NCBI GenBank assembly: GCA_043803405.1
Contig: JAZDKB010000029.1
Coordinates: forward strand, 8,106 to 72,105
Direction of reading: 5' to 3'
Source of the DNA: Spirochaetota bacterium
GTDB lineage: Bacteria; Spirochaetota; UBA4802; JAFGDQ01
Length of the DNA stretch: 64,000 nt
Shown: piece by piece, positions 31,278 through 42,400 of the stretch
How the letters are laid out: each line of letters opens with the position of its first letter
Position numbering within the stretch: position 1 is the stretch's first letter
The notes under the pieces: generated by a model
What the model was told of the DNA's origin: nothing
Seen by the model: only the letters and a program-made list of their open reading frames with translations
Databases searched by the model: none
Program-made: the position numbers and the translations under genes

Positions 31278-32114
31278 ATGCAAAGAATAAAAATAACAGC
31301 ATCGGTTGTAATTTATAAAAATGAACCTGAGCAAATCAGGTTACTGCTCTCATGCCTGCTGGACACAAAGATTATCAGCAGAATTTATCTTATTGATAAT
31401 TCACCTGATAAAATCTCTGCTTCTACATTAAAGTTGCCACAAAAATGCGAATATATTTTTACAGGCTCAAATATCGGGTATGGGGCAGGGCATAACATAG
31501 CGATCAGGAAGTCACTGGCGTTAAACAGTAAATATCATCTTGTTGTGAATCCCGATATTAGCTTTAAAAAGGGAACGCTTGAGAAGGTACTAAAATATAT
31601 GGACGAGCATCCGGATACAGGGTTGCTTATGCCAAAGATACTGTATCCGGATGGCAGCACTCAATACCTGTGCAAGCTATTACCTACACCGTTTGACTGG
31701 ATATTCAGACGGTTTTTACCGATAAAAAAATATGTAGAAAAAAGAAATAATTTATTTGAATTAAGATTTTCCGGTTATGATAAAATTATGGTTGTGCCGT
31801 ATCTTTCCGGATGTTTTATGTGTTTCCGTACAGATGCTTTAAAAGAAACCGGGCTATTCGATGAAAAAATTTTCATGTACGGTGAGGATACGGACATTAC
31901 CCGGCGTATTTATCAATATTATAAAACGATTTATTATCCTTTTGCTGAAGCAGTTCATGAGTTCCATAAGGAGTCATATAAAAATATTAAACTATTACTG
32001 GTCCATATAAAATCCGCCATATATTATTTTATTAAATGGGGATGGTTTTTTGACAGAGAAAGGCGGGAAATAAACAAAGAAGTTCTTGAGAAGATTAAGA
32101 ATAATATTCAGTAA
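31278..32114 (+). CDS. GT2 glycosyltransferase (WbbL-like)
   Basis: NIGYGAGHN, VNPD, SGCFM, FDEKIFMYGED. Confidence 0.85.
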   Translation: MQRIKITASVVIYKNEPEQIRLLLSCLLDTKIISRIYLIDNSPDKISASTLKLPQKCEYIFTGSNIGYGAGHNIAIRKSLALNSKYHLVVNPDISFKKGTLEKVLKYMDEHPDTGLLMPKILYPDGSTQYLCKLLPTPFDWIFRRFLPIKKYVEKRNNLFELRFSGYDKIMVVPYLSGCFMCFRTDALKETGLFDEKIFMYGEDTDITRRIYQYYKTIYYPFAEAVHEFHKESYKNIKLLLVHIKSAIYYFIKWGWFFDRERREINKEVLEKIKNNIQ

Positions 32115-32120
32115 ACAATT

Positions 32121-33479
32121 ATGCTGACAACGATCAATAAGCGCTATAAATATTTTTTTTTAATATACGATATTACTCTCATAGTAGTTACAATTTTTCT
32201 GGCTCCGTTTATCAGATTAAACGACTTCTTCAATGACTATATCACATTTAACCAGCCGCAATTATATTTAATCGTATTTATATATATCTTTATTTTTTAT
32301 GTTTTTGATCTTTATGCGATTAAAATTTATAAAACAAAATGGAGTTTTATTGCTAATTATACTTATGCTTTTGCGTTTATTGGTTTTTCTATCGCGGCAT
32401 TCTTTTATTTATTTTCAAACTTAAAATATGGAAGAGGAATCTGGATTATTCAAATAGGACTGGCTTATATAATTCTTGCTCTTGGCAGAATAGGCGTAAT
32501 CAACTACATCAACCGGAGGGTGCCTAAAAAAAGAATATTGATACTGGGCAACAGCATAGGCGAACATATAATAGCTGAGGAACTGGATGACGCTTACTGC
32601 GATTTTTTAGGATACCTTGGAGAAAAAAAGCCGCATTCTCATTATAAGCATCTGGGAAGTTTTAAAATAATTGATGATATTATAAACAAATTAAATCCTG
32701 ATGCAATTGTCATTGCTGACAGAAGAATAATCAAAGGAGATGTGGAGCGTTCTATCCTTATGTCCAAGATGCGCGGAATTTATATTTATGATATGCCTGC
32801 GATTATTGAAGCTTTAAAAGGTAAAGTGCCGGTGCATCATATTGACGATTACTGGGTAATATATAATTCATTTGCAGGTTTGCATGCGAATCAGTACAAT
32901 ATTAGGTTTAAGCGGTTTATGGATATTGTAATCTCTCTTGTTGGTCTTATTTTATCATCGCCAATACTTGCTGTCGCGGTTATTGTAATAAAATTTGAGT
33001 CAAAAGGCCCGGTATTTTACAGGCAGATTAGGATGGGGCTGAACGAGCATCCTTTTGAAATCATCAAGTTCAGATCCATGCATCACGAGGCTGAAGGTAA
33101 CGGCGCTGTATGGGCTGCTAAGAACGACAGCAGAATAACCAGGGTTGGGAAGATAATACGGAAGCTGCGTGTTGATGAGCTGCCGCAGCTGATCAATGTG
33201 CTTAAGGGAGAGATGACCGTGGTTGGCCCAAGGCCGGAAAGGCCGGAGTTTGTTGAAATGCTTAAGGAAAAAATCCCGTACTATTCACTGCGCCATCTGA
33301 TAAGGCCCGGCCTTACCGGCTGGGCGCAAATCAATTATCCTTATGGTGCGTCTATAAATGACACGCGCCATAAGCTGGAATATGATCTTTACTATATGCG
33401 TCACCTGACTTTAAAAATGGATATTGCAATAATTCTAAAAACGATTAAGATAATTCTGTTTGGCCAGGGAGCTCGTTAG
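32121..33479 (+). CDS. Initiating polyprenyl-phosphate glycosylphosphotransferase (WcaJ/WbaP family)
   Basis: KRFMDI, KFRSM, RVDELPQL, VGPRPERP, PGLTGWAQIN, YDLYY. Confidence 0.92.
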   Translation: MLTTINKRYKYFFLIYDITLIVVTIFLAPFIRLNDFFNDYITFNQPQLYLIVFIYIFIFYVFDLYAIKIYKTKWSFIANYTYAFAFIGFSIAAFFYLFSNLKYGRGIWIIQIGLAYIILALGRIGVINYINRRVPKKRILILGNSIGEHIIAEELDDAYCDFLGYLGEKKPHSHYKHLGSFKIIDDIINKLNPDAIVIADRRIIKGDVERSILMSKMRGIYIYDMPAIIEALKGKVPVHHIDDYWVIYNSFAGLHANQYNIRFKRFMDIVISLVGLILSSPILAVAVIVIKFESKGPVFYRQIRMGLNEHPFEIIKFRSMHHEAEGNGAVWAAKNDSRITRVGKIIRKLRVDELPQLINVLKGEMTVVGPRPERPEFVEMLKEKIPYYSLRHLIRPGLTGWAQINYPYGASINDTRHKLEYDLYYMRHLTLKMDIAIILKTIKIILFGQGAR

Positions 33480-33552
33480 TTTATTAGATGGTACGATGTC
33501 AAACCATATTTAAAATCTTACGATTTTAAAAATAACTTCATTGTGAATATTT

Positions 33553-34308
33553 ATGAGCCGCTCTGAAAGAGAAAAACATGCCTATGATTCCGGTGCGCTA
33601 AAAAGATCGCGTTATGAAAAATATTTTCAGCGTTCTGTTTTCGATATAGAATATATCGATAGTATCATTCGGTCGCACATGTCTTATGCAGAGGATAGAG
33701 TAGTACTTGAGCTCGGTTCCAATGCATGGATTGGATATTTACATTTAAAAAATATTCGTCCTAAAAAATTATATTGTATTAATATTTCACAAAAGGAACT
33801 GGATATCGGCATCCGGTATAAGAAAAATAATTCCATCGCGTTCCCGATTGAATTTTTTTTAATGGATGCGACCAGGCCTTCTTTTAATCCAAGTCAATTT
33901 GATTTGATTTTTGGAGGCGCCATTCTTCATCATCTTGACATTGGTATGACTATCAGGAACATTCAATCATTGCTAAATAACAATGGCAGAATTTTTTTTC
34001 ATGAACCATTGGGGGCTAACCCAATAGCAAAGATTATTCGTTTCTTCACACCTTCGGCTAGGACAAAAGACGAGCGTCCTTTAACAAGAAAAGATATTGT
34101 TTATATAAATAATATCTTTACATGCACAAACTATGTGTTAGGCGGCATGTCTGTCGCAACAGCGGTAATTACAAATTTACTGGCAAACCGGACTGATACT
34201 TTTATGGATAAATTTTCCGGCAGAATCGATATGCTAGTCTCGCATGCTCACTTTTTACATCCGCTATTTAGAGAAATTTTAATAAGCGGCATAAAAAGAT
34301 GTAAATAA
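33553..34308 (+). CDS. Class I SAM-dependent methyltransferase
   Basis: VLELGS, FDLIFGGAILHHL. Confidence 0.8.
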   Translation: MSRSEREKHAYDSGALKRSRYEKYFQRSVFDIEYIDSIIRSHMSYAEDRVVLELGSNAWIGYLHLKNIRPKKLYCINISQKELDIGIRYKKNNSIAFPIEFFLMDATRPSFNPSQFDLIFGGAILHHLDIGMTIRNIQSLLNNNGRIFFHEPLGANPIAKIIRFFTPSARTKDERPLTRKDIVYINNIFTCTNYVLGGMSVATAVITNLLANRTDTFMDKFSGRIDMLVSHAHFLHPLFREILISGIKRCK

Positions 34309-34400
34309 GAAATATGATTAAGCAAGATTTAACCCCTGGATATAATATAATTAAAAAGTCAATTCTGGTTGTTTAATTTCTATCAAATTAATTAATTTAA

Positions 34401-35669
34401 ATGTCAAAACGCAAAGTAATAGTAATAGGAGCAGGCGCTTCCGGGCTTATGGCTGCAGGCCAGTCTGCTGAAGCCGGGGCTGATACGATCCTTATAGAAA
34501 AAATGAACAGGCCTGCGATGAAGCTCCGCATAACAGGCAAAGGCAGGTGCAACATAACAAACATTGCTCCTGTTGCGGATTTCGTTTCTCATTTCGGTGC
34601 TAACGGTAAATTTCTGCGCCAGGCGTTCTCCAGATTTTTTAATTCTGATTTAATCGATTTTTACAGCAGGCTTGGGCTTAAAACGGTAACTGAGAGAGGC
34701 GGCCGCGTGTTCCCTGAAAGCGGGGAAGCAAATGAAGTCGTAAGCATAATGATTGACTGGATAAAGCGCGCAGGCGTTAAGATGAAAACCGGATCGCCTG
34801 TAAGCTCGCTTGTAATAGAAAACGGGTGCGTAACAGGCGTCCGTATCCGGCAGGTTAAAGGAAGCACGGACGAGGTTCTGCCTGCGGACGCTGTGATAAT
34901 AGCTACAGGGGGCGCTTCATATCCGGGCACAGGTTCAACAGGCGACGGCTATGCTCTCGCAGAAGCAGCAGGCCATACTGTAATTGAAACGCGTCCTGCG
35001 CTTGTCCCGCTCGACACGACAGGGGAAACAGCATCGCGTCTGGAGGGGCTAAGCCTTCGCAACGTAAAAGCGTCCGCGTGGGTAAACGGCAAAAAGGCAT
35101 CCGAAGAATTCGGGGACATGCTTTTTACTGCTAACGGAGTATCGGGCCCCGTCATTCTCACATTAAGCGGACTTTGCGTAGACGCTTTGCGCGCAAAAAG
35201 CAAAGTTGTTATTTCAATCGACCTTAAGCCTGCGCTTGATCACAAAGTCCTTGACGAAAGGCTGATGCGCGACATTAAAAACTCACCGACTAAGAATGCA
35301 AATAATCTGCTAAAAGGTCTTTTACCCGAAAGACTTATAGCTGTTTGCATTGAAAGCACAGGAATAAACGGAGAAAAGAAAAGTAATCAGATATCATCGG
35401 ATGAGCGTAAACGATTGCGTGTATGGCTGAAAGACTTTCGTCTGGATGTCACTGGACACAGGCCTATCGCAGAAGCAATAATTACTGCGGGCGGTGTAAG
35501 CACCAAAGAAGTGAATCCGCGCACAATGGAATCACGCATTGTTAAGGGACTGTATTTCTCCGGCGAGGTGCTGGACATTAATGCTGATACGGGCGGGTAT
35601 AATCTGCAGGCTGCGTTTTCCACAGGCTGGCTCGCAGGGAGATCGGCAGCTGCAGGAGCAGAGGAATAA
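34401..35669 (+). CDS. HI0933/BaiN-family flavoprotein
   Basis: GAGASG, TGKGRCNITN, GRVFP, ATGGASYPGTGSTGDG, TGGYNLQAAFSTG. Confidence 0.92.
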   Translation: MSKRKVIVIGAGASGLMAAGQSAEAGADTILIEKMNRPAMKLRITGKGRCNITNIAPVADFVSHFGANGKFLRQAFSRFFNSDLIDFYSRLGLKTVTERGGRVFPESGEANEVVSIMIDWIKRAGVKMKTGSPVSSLVIENGCVTGVRIRQVKGSTDEVLPADAVIIATGGASYPGTGSTGDGYALAEAAGHTVIETRPALVPLDTTGETASRLEGLSLRNVKASAWVNGKKASEEFGDMLFTANGVSGPVILTLSGLCVDALRAKSKVVISIDLKPALDHKVLDERLMRDIKNSPTKNANNLLKGLLPERLIAVCIESTGINGEKKSNQISSDERKRLRVWLKDFRLDVTGHRPIAEAIITAGGVSTKEVNPRTMESRIVKGLYFSGEVLDINADTGGYNLQAAFSTGWLAGRSAAAGAEE

Positions 35670-37321
35670 TGAAAAGTACAGGCTTTCTGCCCATTACAAG
35701 AAAAGAGATGATCGATCGCGGATGGGACAGTGTTGACATTGTGCTTATAACAGGAGACGCGTACGTTGACCACCCGTCATTCGGAAGCGCTGTGATTGGT
35801 CGGGTGCTGGAGAGCAAAGGCTTTCGGGTTGGCATAATCGCCATGCCAGACTGGCGCGATCCGGGATCGATAGACCTGTTCGGTAAACCAAATCTTTTCT
35901 TCGCTGTAACAGGCGGAGCAATTGACTCAATGCTGGCATGCTATACAGCATTCAAACGCAAAAGAAGCGACGACCCGTACGCGCCCGGGGGCAGAGGCAA
36001 TAAACCTGAGCGGGCTGTTATTGTTTATTGCAATCTCATTAAAAAGCTTTATAAGGATGTGCCGATTGTCATAGGCGGGATTGAGGCCTCTATGAGGAGA
36101 ATCGCGCACTATGACTTCTGGGACAACAAAGTCCGCCGCTCAATAATCGAAGATTCGCGCGCCGATATTCTTGTTTACGGCATGGGCGAGAAAGCAATTG
36201 CGGAAATAGCAGAGAGGCTCTCCTCGGATAAGGATATTGAAGGGATACCTGGAACAGCTGTGATGGCGAAAAATTATCCTGCCGGAGCTTTTATTCTGCC
36301 TGCCGAAGAGGATGCTGTAAAAAACAAATCAAGCTTTATAGATTTATATAAGCTTTTTTATTTGCACCAGCAGAAGACACTTGCCCAGCCCGCAGGTAAA
36401 AGATTTCTTGTGCATTATCCTGCTCCTGCGATGAGTTCAAAAGAGCTGGATGATGTTTATGCTCTTCCATATAAGCGCAGCCCTCATCCTTTGTATAAAG
36501 AACCGGTACCCGCGTTTGATATGATAAAAAATTCCGTAACATGCCACAGGGGTTGCGTTTCCGGTTGCTCTTTCTGCTCCCTTTCCCTGCATCAGGGAAG
36601 AAGGATAATCAGCAGGAGCAGGGACTCTGTTCTTGGTGAAGTAAAGGCAATCGCCGATGCCAAAGATTTCAAAGGCCACATAACTGACATAGGCGGGCCG
36701 TCCGCGAATATGTACGGATTCAGATGCTCCAAGGGATGGAAGTGCGGGCGCGAAAGCTGTTTGTATCCGTCGGTTTGCCCAAACCTTTTATTAAGCGTAA
36801 AGAAGTGGATAGATTTACTGGCAGCTGCGGCGCACATTAAGGGCGTTAAAAGCGTTACGATCGGGTCCGGGATACGTTACGACATTTTCATGATGGACCC
36901 GGATCACAAAGCTGCGCTAAAGGCAATCGTGAAGTCGCATATCAGCGGGCAGCTGAAGATAGCGCCGGAGAGCACTTCTCCGCGGGTTTTACGCGCCATG
37001 AGGAAGATACCTGTTTTTGAGCTTATGGAATTTATAAGGCTTTTTAAGGATTGCAATTCAATGCTGGGTAAAAAGCAGTATTTAATTCCGTATTTTATGT
37101 CGTGCCACCCGGGAAGCCTTTACGAAGACATGAAAGCCACAAGGGAAGATGTTCTTGCATTGTTCGGGTTTGTGCCGGATCAGGTGCAGATGTTTATACC
37201 GCTTCCGATGACATTGTCCTCGGTAATTTATTATACAGGCATTGATCCGGTAACAGGGGAGAGTTTTAAGTCTGTAGGGGCTATGCAGGAACGAAAAAAA
37301 CAGCACGGAATATGGAAATAA
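35669..37321 (+). CDS. YgiQ/UPF0313-family radical SAM protein
   Basis: GDAYVDHPSFG, RRIAHYDFW, CVSGCSFC, DIGGPSANMY. Confidence 0.92.
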   Translation: MKSTGFLPITRKEMIDRGWDSVDIVLITGDAYVDHPSFGSAVIGRVLESKGFRVGIIAMPDWRDPGSIDLFGKPNLFFAVTGGAIDSMLACYTAFKRKRSDDPYAPGGRGNKPERAVIVYCNLIKKLYKDVPIVIGGIEASMRRIAHYDFWDNKVRRSIIEDSRADILVYGMGEKAIAEIAERLSSDKDIEGIPGTAVMAKNYPAGAFILPAEEDAVKNKSSFIDLYKLFYLHQQKTLAQPAGKRFLVHYPAPAMSSKELDDVYALPYKRSPHPLYKEPVPAFDMIKNSVTCHRGCVSGCSFCSLSLHQGRRIISRSRDSVLGEVKAIADAKDFKGHITDIGGPSANMYGFRCSKGWKCGRESCLYPSVCPNLLLSVKKWIDLLAAAAHIKGVKSVTIGSGIRYDIFMMDPDHKAALKAIVKSHISGQLKIAPESTSPRVLRAMRKIPVFELMEFIRLFKDCNSMLGKKQYLIPYFMSCHPGSLYEDMKATREDVLALFGFVPDQVQMFIPLPMTLSSVIYYTGIDPVTGESFKSVGAMQERKKQHGIWK

Positions 37322-37561
37322 TGCGCTTTCTTAACAGTTCTAAAATCATTTTAAACCCAACAAAAACACTGTAAAATAAAAAAATGGTTGTTAAAAATTC
37401 CTGTAATTATTAATCTGGGGTATTCTAAATAGGTTACTGTTTTTTAATCAAATGTAATTCTTCCATATTTAAATAATAAGGGATAATTACACGATTTCTG
37501 TTTTTATTCAGACAGACTGGCATTAAAACAAAATTTTTTTCTTTAAACAAGGAGGAATAAG

Positions 37562-38671
37562 ATGTCATCAGTACCAACCACAATTAAAACATGGCAAATG
37601 GTTCAGCCAACTTCACGCAATAAAGACACAAAAGAAGTAACACCCGGAAAACTCGAATTAAAGGAAGTTCCTGTTCCGGCACTTAAGGAAGGCGAAGCAC
37701 TTGTTGAAGTTGCAGGCTGCGGCGTATGCCATACAGACCTTGGATATTTTTATGATGGAGTACCTACAGTACAAAAACCGGCTTTAACATTAGGCCATGA
37801 AATAGCCGGAACTGTTGTTGCAGGAGACAAAGCATGGATCGGGAAAGAAGTTATTATTCCGGCTGTTATGCCTTGCAGACAGTGCATTATGTGTAAAACA
37901 GGAAGAGGAAACAGATGCCTCGCACAGAAGATGCCAGGCAACAGCCTTGGTATTTACGGCGGATTCTCCAGCCATATACCAGTTCCGAGCGTTGACCTTT
38001 GCGAAGTTAAAAACCGCGGCGATGTGCCTCTAGCTCATCTTGCAGTTGTTGCTGATGCAGCTACTACTCCGTACCAGGCAGTAAAAAGAGCTAATATGCA
38101 GCCGGGCGACAATGTAATAGTTGTTGGCGCGACAGGCGGCGTTGGCCAGTATATGGTGCAGATGGCAAAAGCGCTGGGCGCAAAAACCGTTATAGGTATC
38201 GCAAGGAACCAGGAAAAACTGAACCGCCAGTTAAAATACGGTGCGGATCATGTTATAAGCTCACAGGATAAGGATGTTAAAGCAGTATCGGACGAGTTCA
38301 GAGCTATCTGCAAGTCAAAAGGACTTCCGAGCTTTGGATGGATAATATTTGAAGTATCGGGACAGAAAGCAGGACAGGATATCGCTCTTACTCTCTTGGG
38401 CTTTATCGGGAAACTGGTTGTTTTAGGATTCGGCATGGCAAAACTCGAATATATGTTCTCTAAACTGATGGCGTTTGATGCTGACGTAATGGGAAGCTGG
38501 GGATGTCTGCCTGAATATTATCCTATAGTAATGGATATGGTTCTAAACAAAAAAATCAATATTGCTGATTTCGTTCAGACAAGACCTATGAGCACAATTG
38601 CAGCAGCATTTGAAGAAGCTCACAAGGTATCTCCTGACAGACGTATCGTTCTTACACCGGATTTTAAATAG
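37562..38671 (+). CDS. had: 6-hydroxycyclohex-1-ene-1-carbonyl-CoA dehydrogenase (BamQ)
   Basis: Zn-ADH motifs CGVCHTD, GHE and CxxCxxC; Had-typical QKMPGN, VVADA.TTPYQA, SKLMAFDA, WGCLPEYYP; strong RBS aaggagg. Confidence 0.88.
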   Translation: MSSVPTTIKTWQMVQPTSRNKDTKEVTPGKLELKEVPVPALKEGEALVEVAGCGVCHTDLGYFYDGVPTVQKPALTLGHEIAGTVVAGDKAWIGKEVIIPAVMPCRQCIMCKTGRGNRCLAQKMPGNSLGIYGGFSSHIPVPSVDLCEVKNRGDVPLAHLAVVADAATTPYQAVKRANMQPGDNVIVVGATGGVGQYMVQMAKALGAKTVIGIARNQEKLNRQLKYGADHVISSQDKDVKAVSDEFRAICKSKGLPSFGWIIFEVSGQKAGQDIALTLLGFIGKLVVLGFGMAKLEYMFSKLMAFDADVMGSWGCLPEYYPIVMDMVLNKKINIADFVQTRPMSTIAAAFEEAHKVSPDRRIVLTPDFK

Positions 38672-38702
38672 ATATAAACATCAGGTGAAATAGAAATATT
38701 CA

Positions 38703-38813
38703 ATGGGGGATTTTATACCGCAGAATCGCGGAGACATTAAAGAAACGGATTTTAAATACGAATTTATTAAATTAACTTTTTGTCTCTGTGCTTCTGCGGT
38801 AAAGTTTTCCCAT
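38703..38813. repeat. Long imperfect inverted repeat downstream of had
   Basis: taccgcagaa..gcggagaca pairs with tgtctctg..ttctgcggta. Confidence 0.75.
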
Positions 38814-38835
38814 AAATAATAATAAGAAATTTTTA

Positions 38836-39414
38836 ATGGAAAACCCGAATACAGAAAAACCCGCCTTTCTTATCATCGATATGGTAAAAGATAACTTTAT
38901 CGAAGCAAGAAAGCTGCCTATTACTACTCTCGCAAAAAAAATAATTGATCCAATTAATAAATTCAGCGCTTTTTTCAGAAAAAAAGGCTGGCCGGTTATT
39001 TTTTCAACGGACGCATTTCATAAGGAAGACTTTATTTTTAAAAGCTCTATGACTCCGCATTCGCTTGCAGGCACCAAAGGAGCGGAAGTAATTGACGAAT
39101 TAGAACTCCTGGAAGGTGATCTATGGCTGCCAAAACCCAGGTTCTCCGCATTCTTTAATACCGGACTTGAAAAGCGGCTTAAAGAAATGGGTATTACTCT
39201 TTGCGCTGTCGGAGGGATATCAACGCAATACTGCGTACTTACGACAATAATGGACGCGGTCTGCCATGATTTTAAGGCTGTCTTTATTGAAGACTGTACT
39301 ACTGCCGCGACTGAAGCTTCACATAAACAGACTCTGGATCTTTACAGACGGAATCCGCTTTATCCTTTATTTAAGGTACAAACCTCAATAGACTTCATGA
39401 AAGAATTTCAGTAA
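38836..39414 (+). CDS. Isochorismatase-family cysteine hydrolase
   Basis: IIDM, KPRFSAFFNT, TQYCVLTT. Confidence 0.9.
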   Translation: MENPNTEKPAFLIIDMVKDNFIEARKLPITTLAKKIIDPINKFSAFFRKKGWPVIFSTDAFHKEDFIFKSSMTPHSLAGTKGAEVIDELELLEGDLWLPKPRFSAFFNTGLEKRLKEMGITLCAVGGISTQYCVLTTIMDAVCHDFKAVFIEDCTTAATEASHKQTLDLYRRNPLYPLFKVQTSIDFMKEFQ

Positions 39415-39420
39415 ATGTGG

Positions 39421-42400
39421 TTATCCTTTAAGTGCTGTCCTTACTTTTTGCGAAAGAGCAGAAAGCGTAAACGGCTTCTGAATAAAATTAATATCTTCAT
39501 CCAGTATGCCGTGCTGTCCTATAACCTTGCCGGTATAACCTGACATAAACACTACCTTTAGCTCCGGACTATCGTGTTTAAGAGTTTCATACAGCGCCTT
39601 GCCGTCTTTTTTCGGCATAATAACGTCCGTTAAAAGCAGGTCTATTGAACCGGTATACTGCCCGATTATTTCCATGCAATTATCCGCGTCTCTTGCCGGA
39701 AGCACCTTGTATCCAAGATCTTCCAGCATTTTACATGTCAGCGCCCGGACAGTATCATTATCTTCAACCAGAAGTATTGTTTCACTGCCGCGCTCAATTT
39801 GTTCCTGAATCTGCACCTTATCCTGTGCGATATCCCATTTCTCATTTACTCTTGGTAGATAGATTATAAATGTGCTGCCTTCGTTTTTTTCGGAATATAC
39901 TGAAATTGAACCTCCATGCTGTTTTACGATCCCGTAAACAGTGGACAGCCCCAACCCTGTTCCTCTGCCGAGTTCTTTTGTTGTAAAAAACGGTTCAAAT
40001 ATATGTCTTAGTATCTCTTTATCCATCCCAAAGCCGTTGTCGCTTACAGTCATCGTTACGTAATGGCCGGGCAATACTTCAGGATGTGAATATGTGTATG
40101 ATTCATCCAGATCGGTGTTTGTTGCCTCAATAGTCAGTACACCCCCATCCGGCATTGCATCCTGGGCATTTACCGCTAAATTAAGCAGTGCCTGCTCAAT
40201 TTGCCCGGTGTCGGCGTTTACAAAACCAATTTGCTGCGGTATTATAATTTTGATTTCAATATTCTCGCGTATTGTGCGGTTCAGTATCAGTTCAAATTCA
40301 TGGATAATATCTCCCATGTTAACGACTTTTAATTCAAGAACCTGCTTTCTGCTGAATACAAGAAGCCTCCTTGTTAAATTTTTCGCCAGGTCCGCGGCTT
40401 TATGTATCTGTTCAAGTTTAGAGCGTGCAGGATCATTCTCCGAAAGATCGTGCAGCATCATTTCGCTGTAACCGAGAATAGGCGTTAACAGATTGTTGAA
40501 ATCGTGCGCAACGCCACCGGCCAGAAGCCCTACAGTCTCCATTTTCTGGGACTGGAAAAGCTGTTCCTTAAGCTCAGCCTGTTCTCTCTCCGCTATCTTT
40601 TGCTCGGTAATGTCGCGGATAGTCTCTATTGCTCCGGAAATATTGCCCTTGCTGTCGTACAACCGCGCGATCATCCCCCAGAGATTACGGGGTTCTCCAT
40701 TTAATGTCACTTTAGCTTCAGCAGTAAGAAAATCCCTTTCTCTCTTTACATAGTAATATTTTTTTTCAATCTCTTCATCGGATTCGAACGCGAGATCGAT
40801 CAGGATCGGGCGTCTCAACCCATAGAACGGGATTGCATATTCATAATTTCCTTTTCCCAGCATATCTTCCGGCTTGCTTCCGGTTAATTCTTCAAGCGCA
40901 CGGTTCCATGCAATGATTTTTTTATCTTTATCTACAACAAATGTCGCGTCAGGTAGAAAGTTGAATATTTCGGACATTCTTTGTTTTGATTCCAGCAGCG
41001 CGTCCTCAGCCTGCTTGCGCTGACTAATATCGTTGAATACTCCTTCTACGCCCATTATGTTGCCGTCTTTATCGTAATAATAGTGGCTGCTTGTTGAGAT
41101 GATAACAGGCTGTCCGTTATCAACGCGCTTCAGCGTGACCTCGTAATTTGTGACTTTGCCGTTTGTCTGCAGCTTCTTAAGCAGTTCCCCCCTTTCATCA
41201 GGATGGTAATAAAAATTTTGACTGATATTTTTTCCAATCATCCATTCTGCAGAAGGGCAGCCCAGCAGACGCGCTACCGACTGGCTGGCAAATGTAATGC
41301 TGCCTTTTAAATCGCTGCGGTAAACACAATCCTGCATATTTTCAATAAGAGTGCGGTATTTTTCTTCGCTTTCCCTTAGCGCATTTTCAATGCGTTTCCG
41401 ACCGGTTATATCGCGGGCGACAGCATAAATCATTTTTCCCGAAGGGAAGGAGCGCCATTCGATCCAGCGATAGGAGCCGTCTTTGCATCTGTATCGGTTT
41501 TCAAAATTCAGAACCTGTTTTTGCGATTCAAGCTGCGAAATTACAGCTTTTGTCTTTTCAACATCATCCTCATGAACAAATTCGAGGAATTTTCTGCCTT
41601 TAAGTTCGGTAATGCTGTAGCCTAACGTTTTTTCCCATTCAGGATTTAATCGATGAAAATGTCCGTCAGTATCCGCAATACAAAGAAGGTCAAGGCTGGA
41701 TGTAAAATAATAGTCGAGTTCAATTGTCTTTTCCCGTAAGGCTTCCTCAGTACGCTTTCGTTCTGTAATATCGATAATGATACCCTGATAGTGAATGATC
41801 CTGCCATCGCTGCCGCGTTCTACACCGGTGCGGTCATCGACCCATAGTATATTGCCGTCTTTTGTAATAATCCTGTATTCCTGTTTAAATTCGTCCCTGC
41901 CTGCACGGGTATATTCACGGATTTCCGTGGCTACCCGCTGAAGGTCGTCCGGATGTATTATGGAAGAATATTTTATTTTTCCGGAAGTGAAATCTTCCGC
42001 AGTATAACCGAACTGGCTTACATTGTCGGATACGTATTTAACAGGCCAGCCTTCTTCAACCTTCCACAGGAAAAGCACTGCGGGACTGTTTTCTATTACA
42101 TGACGCACCATCCGGAGCGTTCTCTCAGCTTTTCTCCGGCGGATTATGCTTATACTTAAAAAGAGTGTAAAGCCGGTCAAACATACTGCAATAATGCCAG
42201 CAGACCAGACAAAATATGTATGCCTCTGATAAAATGAATCAGGACGGTTTATTACAATTGAATTGTCGGGAAGTTTGTCTAAGGATATGCCGAATCTTTT
42301 TAACTGCGCATAATCAAACATATAACGGTTGGCGTCTTTTGCATTTACAATGGGAATTGCACCCGCATTCTCGCCTCTCAGGATGCGCAAGGCGAGTTCG

